Source: an uncultured Gammaproteobacteria bacterium (lineage in GTDB: Bacteria > Patescibacteriota > Microgenomatia > Levybacterales > UBA12049). From it: a stretch of DNA of 64,000 nt. The notes beneath the pieces were generated by a model. The model saw nothing but the letters and a program-made list of their open reading frames with translations, searched no databases and had not been told where the DNA came from. The stretch is from positions 20,898 through 84,897 of the forward strand of contig CAZLZN010000002.1 of NCBI GenBank assembly GCA_964564035.1. The letters are read 5' to 3'. The stretch's first letter is position 1. Each line of letters starts with the position of its first letter. Both the position numbers and the translations under genes were made by a program. Below are positions 8,531 to 17,578 of the stretch, piece by piece.

Positions 8531-9904
8531 TTAACCTAGTTCCTTTATTCTGACCGTCAAATATTCCTTGGTATTCTTACTAAGATCCTCATCGACTTCC
8601 TCAAAAAGTTTTTGCAGTATTTCCCCTATTTTTTTACCAGGTTTTATATTTAACTCGCGCATAATATCATTTCCGTCGATTGCCAGATCATTTACCGAGA
8701 AAGGCGCGGGCGAAAGCTGTTTCTCGACCCTTTCTTTAAAAAGCTTCAGCCTCCAGCTCTCGGCAGTCTGTGTACCGCCGCCAAGCCGGTCGCCGATTCT
8801 GAGATCCATCATATCTTTTACATTATCAACACCAATTCTCCTGATAAACCGCCTCACCGCTGAATCCGTGATTTTTTCATCAACCGTGAACATATGCCAT
8901 CTTATTAGCGTAGATATTTTCTCGCGGTCTTTTTTTGAAAACCTCAGCCTGTCTGTGATTTCCCTTGCCATTCTCGCACCCGCTATTTCATGGTTATAAA
9001 ATATTACAAAACCATTTTCATCGGCCGCCGCGACCCTGGGTTTGCCTATGTCATGAATCAATGTAGCAAATCTTACAATAGGATCGATCGACGGACAGAA
9101 TTTAAGTGAAAGCACGTTATGTGTAAACACATCATCTTTGTGATGCCTGCCGGGTCTGGCTTGCGACACTCCGATCCCCTCCAGAAGCTCCGGGATTATG
9201 TATTGCAGCAGATTTGTATTTTTAAGCAGCATTATTCCTTCATACGCAAAATTACTTTCAAGTATCTTGATCAGTTCGGTGTTTATACGCTCTTTAGAAA
9301 TCTTCTCAAGTAATTGAGCGTCGTTGGTAACAGCATTCATTGTGTTTTCGTCAATTGAAAAAGCCAGCTGTGCGGCAAATCTGATGGCTCTCATAAGTCG
9401 TAATGCGTCCTCCTTAAAACGCATGTTTGGGTCTCCGACAGTCCTTATAATCCTGCGTTCAATATCCGCTTCTCCGCCAAAAGGATCAATTAGTTTATAA
9501 TCAGATTGGTTTGCATCCAGCTCAAGCGCGATGGCATTTATTGTAAAATCACGCCTGGACAAATCCTCTTCAAGACTTTTACCCCAAGTGACTTTTTCCG
9601 GATGTCTATTATCCGAATATGAAGACTCGGTCCTGAATGTCGTAATCTCTATTACTCCGGCATGTTCGGATTCCGCGATATCTCTGACCGGGATTCCAAC
9701 CGTGCCGAAGCTGTTGTCGTAAAATCCGTCCGGATAAAGCTTAAGTATCTCCTCGGGGACAGCGCTGGTCGTCAGATCCCAATCCTGAAGTTCCCGTCCG
9801 CTTAGCATATCGCGGACACAACCGCCAACGAGGTATATTTCGTGTCCTGCATCTCTGAATTTACGGTATATTTCTTTTATGTGCTGTGGAATTTTATGAG
9901 TCAT
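8531..9904 (-). CDS. cca: CCA tRNA nucleotidyltransferase with HD domain
   Basis: Head domain YLVGGCVRD...DWDLTT, RRDFTINA, and HD motif LIHDIGKP. Start placed at MTHKIPQH (ATG 9904); the 18 upstream codons are a hydrophobic, low-complexity extension. Confidence 0.85.
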   Translation of the reverse strand: MTHKIPQHIKEIYRKFRDAGHEIYLVGGCVRDMLSGRELQDWDLTTSAVPEEILKLYPDGFYDNSFGTVGIPVRDIAESEHAGVIEITTFRTESSYSDNRHPEKVTWGKSLEEDLSRRDFTINAIALELDANQSDYKLIDPFGGEADIERRIIRTVGDPNMRFKEDALRLMRAIRFAAQLAFSIDENTMNAVTNDAQLLEKISKERINTELIKILESNFAYEGIMLLKNTNLLQYIIPELLEGIGVSQARPGRHHKDDVFTHNVLSLKFCPSIDPIVRFATLIHDIGKPRVAAADENGFVIFYNHEIAGARMAREITDRLRFSKKDREKISTLIRWHMFTVDEKITDSAVRRFIRRIGVDNVKDMMDLRIGDRLGGGTQTAESWRLKLFKERVEKQLSPAPFSVNDLAIDGNDIMRELNIKPGKKIGEILQKLFEEVDEDLSKNTKEYLTVRIKELG

Positions 9905-9957
9905 ACTGCTATAGTATATCAAAAGAACTGAGCTTATTACATAAATAAATATATCCA

Positions 9958-11646
9958 ATGAAACGCTGGAAATTATTAAACCAACAAAAAGTTACAAATA
10001 AAAAAAAGGTAAATGAAAATATCATCAAACTGCTTCTCGCAAATCGCGGGATTTCTTCAAAAAAAGATATCGACGATTATTTAAATCCAAATCTGGAAAA
10101 TATATCGTTTGATAGTGTCGGTATCGGCGATACTCGCATAAAAAAATTTCTGGAACGTATTATTAGCGCAATCACCAAAAAAGAACAGATCATTGTGTAC
10201 GGAGATTACGACGTTGACGGGATTACCGGTACGGCGATTTTATGGGAGGTGCTTAACCGCGCGGGCGCCAAAGTCCTGCCGTTTATTCCGGACAGAGTTG
10301 ATGAAGGGTATGGTCTTTCAATAGCCGGCATAAACAAGCTAATATCCAAAACCGACAACATCAAGCTCATTATTACAGTGGATAATGGTATAGTAGCAAA
10401 CGAAGCCATAAATTACGCCAATTCCAAAGGTATCGAAGTAATAATAACTGATCACCATACGGTAGGCAAAACACTTCCCGATGCGGGCAATATTATTCAT
10501 ACAACAACACTTTGCGGGGCAGGAATTGCGTATCTTCTAAGCAAAGCTATCAAAAACAAAATTTTACACAAAACAGACTTGAACAGCGATGACCATTTGG
10601 AACTGGCAGCTCTCGGTACTGTTGCTGACATGGTGCCGCTTCTTGGTCCAAACAGAGCTATCGTGAAATACGGTCTCGAAAAATTAGCTTTTACGACGCG
10701 TCCAGGTTTAATAGAATTATATAAAAACGCCGGTTGTGAAAAAAATGTTTTTAGCTGTTACGAAGTCGGATTTATTATCGCTCCCCGACTCAATGCTTCG
10801 GGCAGGATAGAGAATGCAATGGATAGCTTGCGCCTGCTATGCACCAAAGACAGATTAAGAGCTAAAAAACTCGCCGACAAACTTGAAGAAACGAACAAAG
10901 AGCGCCAGTTTCTTATGAAAGAAGCAGCCGAAGATTCAATACTTAGGATAAAAAATCAGGAAACAAATATCAAAAAAATCTTAATTGTGTCGCACGAAAA
11001 TTACAATCAGGGAATAATCGGACTGGTAGCAGGTAAATTAGTAGAAGAATTTTATCGTCCCTCGATTGTCATTTCCATAGGTGAAACCCATAGCAAAGCA
11101 TCAGTCAGATCGGTAGAAGGATTCAACATAATTGAATTCTTAAGATCCAAATCGGAGTATTTCGTCAACGTCGGCGGCCACCCGATGGCAGCCGGCTTTA
11201 CTATAGAGACATCAAAATTAACAGAATTTCAGACGGCGCTGGAACTAGCGGCCGAATCAACTTTGGATCCTGAGACATTGAAGCGTCAGTTGAAAATTGA
11301 CCTTGAGATTCCTTTTGAACTTATAACACAGGAGTTATATTCGGATCTGCAAAAAATGGCGCCGTTCGGTATGAAAAATCCCGAACCGGTTTTTTGCTCA
11401 AGCGGCCTGAAAATAATGGATCTGAGAATTTTGGGGCAGGAGGGCAAACACCTCAAGCTCAAATTAAAAAGCGGCAATTCGGAATCAGTGGGGTTCGGTA
11501 TAGACGCGATCGGTTTCGGTATGGGTCAAAGAGCCGGAGAGCTTGCCGTCGGGGATTCCATCAGCGCGGCGTACACGATCGATCAAAACACCTGGAACGG
11601 CAGCACAAATCTACAGCTTAAATTGAAGGACATTCGACTGAATTAA
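9958..11646 (+). CDS. recJ: single-stranded-DNA-specific exonuclease RecJ
   Basis: DHH-family motifs (YGDYDVDGITG, ITVDNG, ITDHH) and DHHA1 GGHPMAAG. Confidence 0.9.
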   Translation: MKRWKLLNQQKVTNKKKVNENIIKLLLANRGISSKKDIDDYLNPNLENISFDSVGIGDTRIKKFLERIISAITKKEQIIVYGDYDVDGITGTAILWEVLNRAGAKVLPFIPDRVDEGYGLSIAGINKLISKTDNIKLIITVDNGIVANEAINYANSKGIEVIITDHHTVGKTLPDAGNIIHTTTLCGAGIAYLLSKAIKNKILHKTDLNSDDHLELAALGTVADMVPLLGPNRAIVKYGLEKLAFTTRPGLIELYKNAGCEKNVFSCYEVGFIIAPRLNASGRIENAMDSLRLLCTKDRLRAKKLADKLEETNKERQFLMKEAAEDSILRIKNQETNIKKILIVSHENYNQGIIGLVAGKLVEEFYRPSIVISIGETHSKASVRSVEGFNIIEFLRSKSEYFVNVGGHPMAAGFTIETSKLTEFQTALELAAESTLDPETLKRQLKIDLEIPFELITQELYSDLQKMAPFGMKNPEPVFCSSGLKIMDLRILGQEGKHLKLKLKSGNSESVGFGIDAIGFGMGQRAGELAVGDSISAAYTIDQNTWNGSTNLQLKLKDIRLN

Positions 11647-11654
11647 GAATGAGA

Positions 11655-12362
11655 TTATTGAGAAGCTCTTTCGACTAACTCTTCAATCGATCCCACATTA
11701 GGGATAGGTTTGGGCATTGCGTCATTTTTTGTAAATCTTAACATCTCTCGCTCAGCCTCAGACGCTCTGAATAACACCTCGTCTTTAAAAGTTTTTTCAT
11801 TATATAGTGACTCTCCGGTATTCAAATGCTGGTCTGGATTTGACCTATTTAGTAATTCCACATATTGCGAAAATGTAAAAACTCGAACAGGTATTTTTGG
11901 ATAACGCGGTTTAGCATGACCACTTACATCAACTTCTAATACCCTGGATGAGTTCCTGATTCTGTGATGCCCGTCAACTACTATTAATTTCGCTGATCCG
12001 TTAACAAGAGGTTCAAAGCACACTAAAGCAGGATTGGAATACAAATAGTCAGGATCTTTTTCGAATTCTGCGATTACTTTGAGGGTACTTCCGCGACGAT
12101 TGTTTTCTCTCGCGAGTTGCGTCCCATACAAATTTCTTCTATCGACCAGGATTTTTGGTCCTATCCCCTCTGCCTCCGATAACTTAACTGTATCTTCTGT
12201 AGGATAAACTAATTCACCTTGTCTTAATCTTCTCTCTATTCGGTCCTGAATATAATCAAAAACATCGATATGTATTTCGGGACGTCCATTTGGAATGTAA
12301 TGAATCAAATGTGGATTTTCGCCCTTTTTATGATAATACTCTGGCCTTCGCTCAATATTCAT
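11655..12362 (-). CDS. ParB/sulfiredoxin-fold domain protein (DGHHR motif), function unknown
   Basis: KLIVVDGHHRIRN at aa 125-137 (codons for DGHHR at 11961..11975) is the ParB/Srx core signature. The rest is unrecognised. The gene has its own promoter. Confidence 0.6.
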   Translation of the reverse strand: MNIERRPEYYHKKGENPHLIHYIPNGRPEIHIDVFDYIQDRIERRLRQGELVYPTEDTVKLSEAEGIGPKILVDRRNLYGTQLARENNRRGSTLKVIAEFEKDPDYLYSNPALVCFEPLVNGSAKLIVVDGHHRIRNSSRVLEVDVSGHAKPRYPKIPVRVFTFSQYVELLNRSNPDQHLNTGESLYNEKTFKDEVLFRASEAEREMLRFTKNDAMPKPIPNVGSIEELVERASQ

Positions 12363-12388
12363 ATATATAAAAAAGATAATTGTCCTAT

Positions 12389-12417
12389 AGTATACTCATT
12401 ATTACTCAGCTTGTCAA
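12389..12417 (-). promoter_or_regulatory. sigma70-type promoter TTGACA-17-TATACT for the ParB/Srx-fold gene
   Basis: On the minus strand: TTGACA (12417..12412), a 17-nt spacer, TATACT (12394..12389). It sits about 27 nt upstream of ATG 12362. Confidence 0.5.
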
Positions 12418-12528
12418 GGGTCTGATTTCCTGCTGCGCTCACCTTGCGAAGTTTTATTAACGTGCTGACTCACCTCTAATTTAGTCCATTATATATTTTA
12501 TATATAAACAGATGACTTAGATTGCGAA

Positions 12529-13875
12529 TTATACACCCAATACCGTTCTGTGTTTTCTGCGCACCAGCTCTATAGACACATTTTTCATTCTTTCCCTATC
12601 AAATTTATAAAAATCCTCCGGAAACAAAAAATCCATAACTCCGGATTTAAAAATTCGTTCTATCTCATATTCATCATGTGCCACCCCGTCTTTGAGTTTA
12701 TAATTAAGATATTCTTCAGTTGTTAAAAGAAGTATCTCCGGCCTTGCCCCATGAGCTCTGGCATGAAATTTTACCATTCTGATATCCGACGATCCCCCTA
12801 TGGAATGGTTTTCTCTTCCTCCCTCCCCATAGGTATCCTCAGGATCCTCAAATGTCACTGCAGATCCTGTTTCGATTGCTTTATCATGCAAGTGTCTTAT
12901 AAATCTGTTAATGTCTGCCTTGTTTTCCAAAACAGCCATAAGCCCAAGTTCATCTTCTACGGCAGATGCAGGATTATCTTTACCTTTTCTAAGTAGTTTT
13001 ATTATTTTACTAGTCATTGATTTTTCCCGCGTGTCCTGAAGTACCGGTATCGATTTTCCGTCGACAACTATTCTTCTTCTTTCAACTGTCTCAATGCGCT
13101 GATCGGGTTTCGGCGAATAATTATCTGCATCATTTTTGGATAATATCCTGGCATCAATACAACTCATATCGCTCAGATTATGCGTACTCAGTATGCTGTC
13201 TTCTGTAGTAGGCTGATCCCCGCTCATTGCCCATACATTATTGCTTAAAAAATCTTTGAAAGTACTATACTGCTTTTCCGTATCGACTTCTCTTCGGCGG
13301 CTGTCGATAGTCCCCGCGAGGCGCATCAATAACAACTTGCGCTTTGCCTCAAATCTCCTTTGGGGATTTAAATTTTTATCTAGAAGCATTAGTCCGAGTC
13401 TGAATGGATTATTCTCCTGCTCAACTTCTTCTGACTGCGAAAGATCAACGAAACGTGTAGTTAAGTTTTTTTTAATTACTTTTATTACATCGTTTGCCAT
13501 TTCGCCATATGTCTCTATTTGCCGCTCAAGCATCTCGGGAGATCCTTCCAAACCGAACATTCTTCCATAAAGAGCTATGGCCTTGTCGCTTTTTTCTTTA
13601 TGTGTACTCGTCTTAGATAACAAAGTGCCCGCCTCGCTCCAGTCCTTTAAGCCCATTAGATGCTTAAACTCCTGCATGGCCAGTCTTAGCTTTAACTTTT
13701 CGGTTCTTGTAGGTTTTTGCTTATCTTTTAAATACCTGCGCCCCTCTAGTGAAAAATTATTAATTTCCGGCGTAACAGCGCCCCAGCCGCTTTCTCTATA
13801 GGCATAAAAATTGCCCCCCACTTTATCTTCATTTTTGCTCACTTGGGCTCCTTTGGCTTGTGCGGATTCACTCAT
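12529..13875 (-). CDS. divergent RelA/SpoT-homologue (RSH synthetase-like) nucleotidyltransferase with an unknown 280-aa N-terminal region
   Basis: aa 283-405 carry R-E-K-S-M-T-S-K-I-I-K (RxKxxxSxxxK), DELGLM (DxxGxR-like), KFH...PEILLLT (H...EIQIRT-like) and GVAHDEYE (GVAAHWxYK-like). Motifs recalled from memory, not a profile search. Confidence 0.5.
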   Translation of the reverse strand: MSESAQAKGAQVSKNEDKVGGNFYAYRESGWGAVTPEINNFSLEGRRYLKDKQKPTRTEKLKLRLAMQEFKHLMGLKDWSEAGTLLSKTSTHKEKSDKAIALYGRMFGLEGSPEMLERQIETYGEMANDVIKVIKKNLTTRFVDLSQSEEVEQENNPFRLGLMLLDKNLNPQRRFEAKRKLLLMRLAGTIDSRRREVDTEKQYSTFKDFLSNNVWAMSGDQPTTEDSILSTHNLSDMSCIDARILSKNDADNYSPKPDQRIETVERRRIVVDGKSIPVLQDTREKSMTSKIIKLLRKGKDNPASAVEDELGLMAVLENKADINRFIRHLHDKAIETGSAVTFEDPEDTYGEGGRENHSIGGSSDIRMVKFHARAHGARPEILLLTTEEYLNYKLKDGVAHDEYEIERIFKSGVMDFLFPEDFYKFDRERMKNVSIELVRRKHRTVLGV

Positions 13876-13929
13876 ATTTATATTATGCTACATCTTCTAT
13901 TTTTTTGCTATAATACATTTATATTTATT

Positions 13930-15324
13930 ATGTCCAAAACTGATCCAAGAATTCTATCTTCAAACACGCCTGATTTGATCGGACAGGAAATTGTTGCCCA
14001 AGGCTCCGTTCATGCACGGCGCGATCACGGCAAGCTTATATTCATCGATATCCGCGACCGGACAGGTCTTTTACAGGTTGTTTTCATACCGAGTTCATCA
14101 CCAGACGCTCACAAGCTCGCCGGCGAACTCCGCCCCGAAGATATTGTAGAAATAAAAGGCAAAGTCAACAAAAGACCCGACCGCCTGATCAACCCCAGGA
14201 TAGTCAGTGGTACAGTCGAGCTTGAAGCGCTTGAGCTAAAAATTCTAAGCAAATCAGACACTCTCCCTCTCGATCTTGGCGCCGAAGATCTCAATGTCGA
14301 ACTTCCTACGCTTCTCGACCACAGAGCGCTCACCCTGCGCCATGAAAGCGTGAAGTCAATTTTCAAAGTCCAAAGTGCCCTGCTCGAAGGCTTCCGCAAG
14401 TCAGCCCGCGAGCTCGATTGTACCGAGATTGTAGTCCCGACAGTAGCCGCGAGTTCAACCGAAGGCGGAGCCGAAGTGTTTACTGTTGACTATTACGGAC
14501 ACAAAGCTTTTCTTACTCAGAGCCCCCAGCTTTACAAACAAATAATGGTACCTGTATTTGAGCGCGTCTTTACAATTGCCCATGCATATCGCGCTGAGCC
14601 GTCGGTCACAACCCGGCATCTCGCGGAGACTACTCAAATGGATTGCGAAATAGGATTCGTGGACTTTGAAGGTCTCATGGATATTTATGAACACATCGCT
14701 CATTTTATGGTCAAACAAGTTGAAAAAACTTGCCCGGATGAACTCCAAAAATACAATCCAAATCCGGTACTGCTTGGCAAAATTCCGAGGTTGACGCTCC
14801 GGGAAGCTCAGGAAATTATATATTCCAAATTCGGCCGCGACGCGAGAGGAGAAAAAGATCTCGGCCCGGCGGATGAAGTAGATATTTGCAAATGGGCGCG
14901 GGAAGAGCACAAAAGTGACTTTGTAACGATTACTCACTTCCCCACCAGGAAACGGGCTTTTTATACTATGCCCGATCCTGAAGACCCCGAGTATAGCTTG
15001 AGCTTTGATCTTTTGTTTCGAGGCGTTGAAATACTAAGCGGAAGCCAGCGCATCAATGACTATTCTCAGTTAGTCTCGGCAATCAAAGACCGGGGCATGG
15101 AACCGGACGATTTCGGTCTTTATCTTCAGGCATTCAAATACGGCATGCCGCCAGAGGGAGGATTTTCATTCGGTCTCGAAAGGCTTACTATGAAAATGCT
15201 TGGACTAGAAAATGTCCGCCAGGCATCCCTTTTCCCGCGGGACATGGAGCGTGTCGATGAAAGATTTTCCAAAAAATCAGAATCCAATGAAAAAAAAGCC
15301 CAAATACTTCAAAAAAAGCAATAA
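13930..15324 (+). CDS. aspS: aspartate--tRNA ligase, archaeal/eukaryal type (type 2)
   Basis: OB-fold N-terminus (GSVHARRDHGKLIFIDIRDRTG) and class II motifs (AHAYRAEPS, GGFSFGLERL). Start moved to ATG 13930. TGcTATAAT extended -10 at 13906..13914. Confidence 0.9.
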   Translation: MSKTDPRILSSNTPDLIGQEIVAQGSVHARRDHGKLIFIDIRDRTGLLQVVFIPSSSPDAHKLAGELRPEDIVEIKGKVNKRPDRLINPRIVSGTVELEALELKILSKSDTLPLDLGAEDLNVELPTLLDHRALTLRHESVKSIFKVQSALLEGFRKSARELDCTEIVVPTVAASSTEGGAEVFTVDYYGHKAFLTQSPQLYKQIMVPVFERVFTIAHAYRAEPSVTTRHLAETTQMDCEIGFVDFEGLMDIYEHIAHFMVKQVEKTCPDELQKYNPNPVLLGKIPRLTLREAQEIIYSKFGRDARGEKDLGPADEVDICKWAREEHKSDFVTITHFPTRKRAFYTMPDPEDPEYSLSFDLLFRGVEILSGSQRINDYSQLVSAIKDRGMEPDDFGLYLQAFKYGMPPEGGFSFGLERLTMKMLGLENVRQASLFPRDMERVDERFSKKSESNEKKAQILQKKQ

Positions 15325-16315
15325 AACCGAAACAGTAGAAAAAGTTGTAAAAACTAAAAAAGCATACAGCTTTGATTATTTTGGATTTATATACACATCC
15401 CTCAAAATTGTTCCGGTTATTTTATTCGTGTTATTTTTGGCGCTTTATTACCAAAATAACCGCATAAACCAAAATATTCAATCCCTTGAACTAAAAGATG
15501 CCGGTTACAGCGTCAGACTGACTGACTACCCTTTTCTGACCGATTTTATACCCCCCGATATCACAGCCAAATCCGCGATTATCCTTGAAGCAGATTCAAA
15601 TGCTGTTTTATACTCTAAAAATCCGGAGCTTAGATTATCGATCGCGTCGACTGCCAAAATAATGACGGCTTTAGTTGGTCAGGAATATTATTCGCCAAAT
15701 TCGGTACTGAAAATTTATACTCCTCAGGTGGAGGGTTCGAATCTGGGTTTTAGGCAGAATGAGGAGTACATATATTCCGATCTCCTGAAAGCTATGTTTC
15801 TCCCGTCATCCAATGAAGCCGCGTATGCAATTGCCGACAATTATCCTGGCGGTATGGAAAATTTTGTTAAACGCATGAATGAAAAAGCATTAGAGCTCGG
15901 GCTTACCAACACCCACTTCAAAGACCCGGCCGGACTGGATGATGATGAGAATTATTCCAATGTATATGAACTCGCCCGCGTTTCATCTCATCTGACCAAA
16001 TACCCTGATCTAAAAAAAATAGTTTCATTGACTCAAGCCGATATAGCGGATATTACAGGTAAGCACAATATGAGATTTAACAATCTGAACAAATTGCTTG
16101 GGGTGGATGGTGTAAACGGAATCAAAACAGGTACGACCTACGGCGCCGGTGAAGTCTTGGTTACTTCGAAAAATATTGAAGGGAAGACATTTATAGTTGT
16201 TGTTATGAAAAGCGTATCCCGCTTTGATGATACCAGACAGCTCTTATCGCTTTTATCAACAAAACTGGATTACATTAGGCCGGGATATTTAACTCAAGCC
16301 CTAAACTCCCGATAA
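15257..16315 (+). CDS. D-alanyl-D-alanine carboxypeptidase (peptidase S11, PBP5-like)
   Basis: SxxK (STAK), SxN (SSNEA) and KTG (KTGTT). N-terminal TM. Start chosen at ATG 15257 because GGAG lies 7 nt upstream. Overlaps the aspS tail by 68 nt. Confidence 0.75.
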   Translation: MKDFPKNQNPMKKKPKYFKKSNKTETVEKVVKTKKAYSFDYFGFIYTSLKIVPVILFVLFLALYYQNNRINQNIQSLELKDAGYSVRLTDYPFLTDFIPPDITAKSAIILEADSNAVLYSKNPELRLSIASTAKIMTALVGQEYYSPNSVLKIYTPQVEGSNLGFRQNEEYIYSDLLKAMFLPSSNEAAYAIADNYPGGMENFVKRMNEKALELGLTNTHFKDPAGLDDDENYSNVYELARVSSHLTKYPDLKKIVSLTQADIADITGKHNMRFNNLNKLLGVDGVNGIKTGTTYGAGEVLVTSKNIEGKTFIVVVMKSVSRFDDTRQLLSLLSTKLDYIRPGYLTQALNSR

Positions 16316-16316
16316 G

Positions 16317-17483
16317 TCATTTTTGCAGTTGGTCATCCGTTAGCGCGGATACAAAAGCGAAAAATCCGTTGTTCCCTTCGAATACATATACAGGCATTAG
16401 GTATTCCTGTTCGTTTTCACCCAAATAATAAGCGAGCCTTATATTTTTTATCAAAATATTATTGTCAGCACCGGCATACGATGCTATATAGGCAGTTCCG
16501 CCGATAAGTTCATCATAGGCAGACTGTACTGTTTTTAGTTTATAAGTGGCTGTCGCGTCTTTCAGATCAGGTTTCTGATGGGTGAAAAAGCTCTGCACGA
16601 CCTGCGCCTCTTGCTGTCCGGACGCGATCCAGAAGCTCATTGTCGAATAAGGGGGATTCGGATATACGATAGGTAATTTTATTTTGATAGTGGGCTTAAA
16701 TTCTTCTGCTTCGCCCGTTTTCAGATCGTATTCCAGATCTTTTTGATAAAAATCGACTCTGATTACGTGCGCTTTGGACAGGCTGGTAGTAGGCACGAGA
16801 ATATTCCCCTCAGGCGTTGTCTGAATTGAAAATAGCTGTGGAAAAGTAAACAGCGAATCCGGATTATTTTTTGTACTGGATTTTGTAAAATCCAGATCCC
16901 CTGGCATGAGAGTCGCTGTAGTCAGGAATTTTTTGGCTGTATCGATCGCGCTGATCTCATCAGATAAATGCTGTGCCGACAGGACAACCAGCCTTTGCAA
17001 AAATTGTGATGTCATTTTGTAATTGAATGAATTAATATCGAAAATTATTTGCCGGCTGAATTCCTTGGACTCATCCCATTCGTAAAAAGGATCGGCGAGT
17101 TGTTTTTCGGGAATAGTTGTGCCGTCCGCGTCCACAAAATCAAGCGCTGCAACCTTTTTGCGTACTTTGTCCAAGTTCAGGAAATTCGGTGCCGGTTTGA
17201 TAATTGGAAATATACTCAGCCTGTCAGGAAGCCCCGTGGGTAATCCGCCCGTTGTCGTTTGTATGGTATATGTAAAATTTGTATCTGTTACATTGTTTGG
17301 AAATTCAAGCGGCGGAAGCAGTCCATATGCTTTCGTAGGCGGTTCAATTTGAGGAGGATATAGATAATTCCATACTGTAATTCCTACCCTGACCAGAATT
17401 ACTATTACAACAATTCCGATGATGCCAATAATGCTTCCTACACCTGCTCTTTTTACATTCTCGACCGTCTCATGAAGCGTCAT
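16317..17483 (-). CDS. hypothetical membrane-anchored exported protein
   Basis: Start placed at MTLHETVENVKRAG, followed by one TM (GSIIGIIGIVVIVILV). The longer ORF would run through the gltX start. No motif recognised. Confidence 0.5.
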   Translation of the reverse strand: MTLHETVENVKRAGVGSIIGIIGIVVIVILVRVGITVWNYLYPPQIEPPTKAYGLLPPLEFPNNVTDTNFTYTIQTTTGGLPTGLPDRLSIFPIIKPAPNFLNLDKVRKKVAALDFVDADGTTIPEKQLADPFYEWDESKEFSRQIIFDINSFNYKMTSQFLQRLVVLSAQHLSDEISAIDTAKKFLTTATLMPGDLDFTKSSTKNNPDSLFTFPQLFSIQTTPEGNILVPTTSLSKAHVIRVDFYQKDLEYDLKTGEAEEFKPTIKIKLPIVYPNPPYSTMSFWIASGQQEAQVVQSFFTHQKPDLKDATATYKLKTVQSAYDELIGGTAYIASYAGADNNILIKNIRLAYYLGENEQEYLMPVYVFEGNNGFFAFVSALTDDQLQK

Positions 17484-17578
17484 ATATTGAGTATAAATAA
17501 AATATAAAGTACAATGCAAGAGAGGCGCCGTAAGGTATCTCTCGCAGGGAGATATGGCTTGAATCTTAAAAGATAAAT

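Noticed and set aside
8531-13875. A functional link between the cca gene (tRNA CCA-adding enzyme) and the RSH-like protein. Some toxSAS enzymes attack the tRNA CCA end.
   Set aside because: The genes are separated by recJ and lie in different transcription units. Proximity is most likely coincidental, and nothing in the sequence supports coupling.
13843-13929. N-terminal extensions offered by the ORF track. Examples are aspS from 13843, the 16317 gene from 17615, trpD from 32334, tsaC from 53700, tsaB from 53086, cca from 9958, GNAT from GTG 20211 and the membrane protein from TTG 34669.
   Set aside because: The extensions overlap neighbouring genes or promoters and consist of hydrophobic, low-complexity residues. 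Internal ATGs give N-termini that match the family consensus or restore tight operon junctions.
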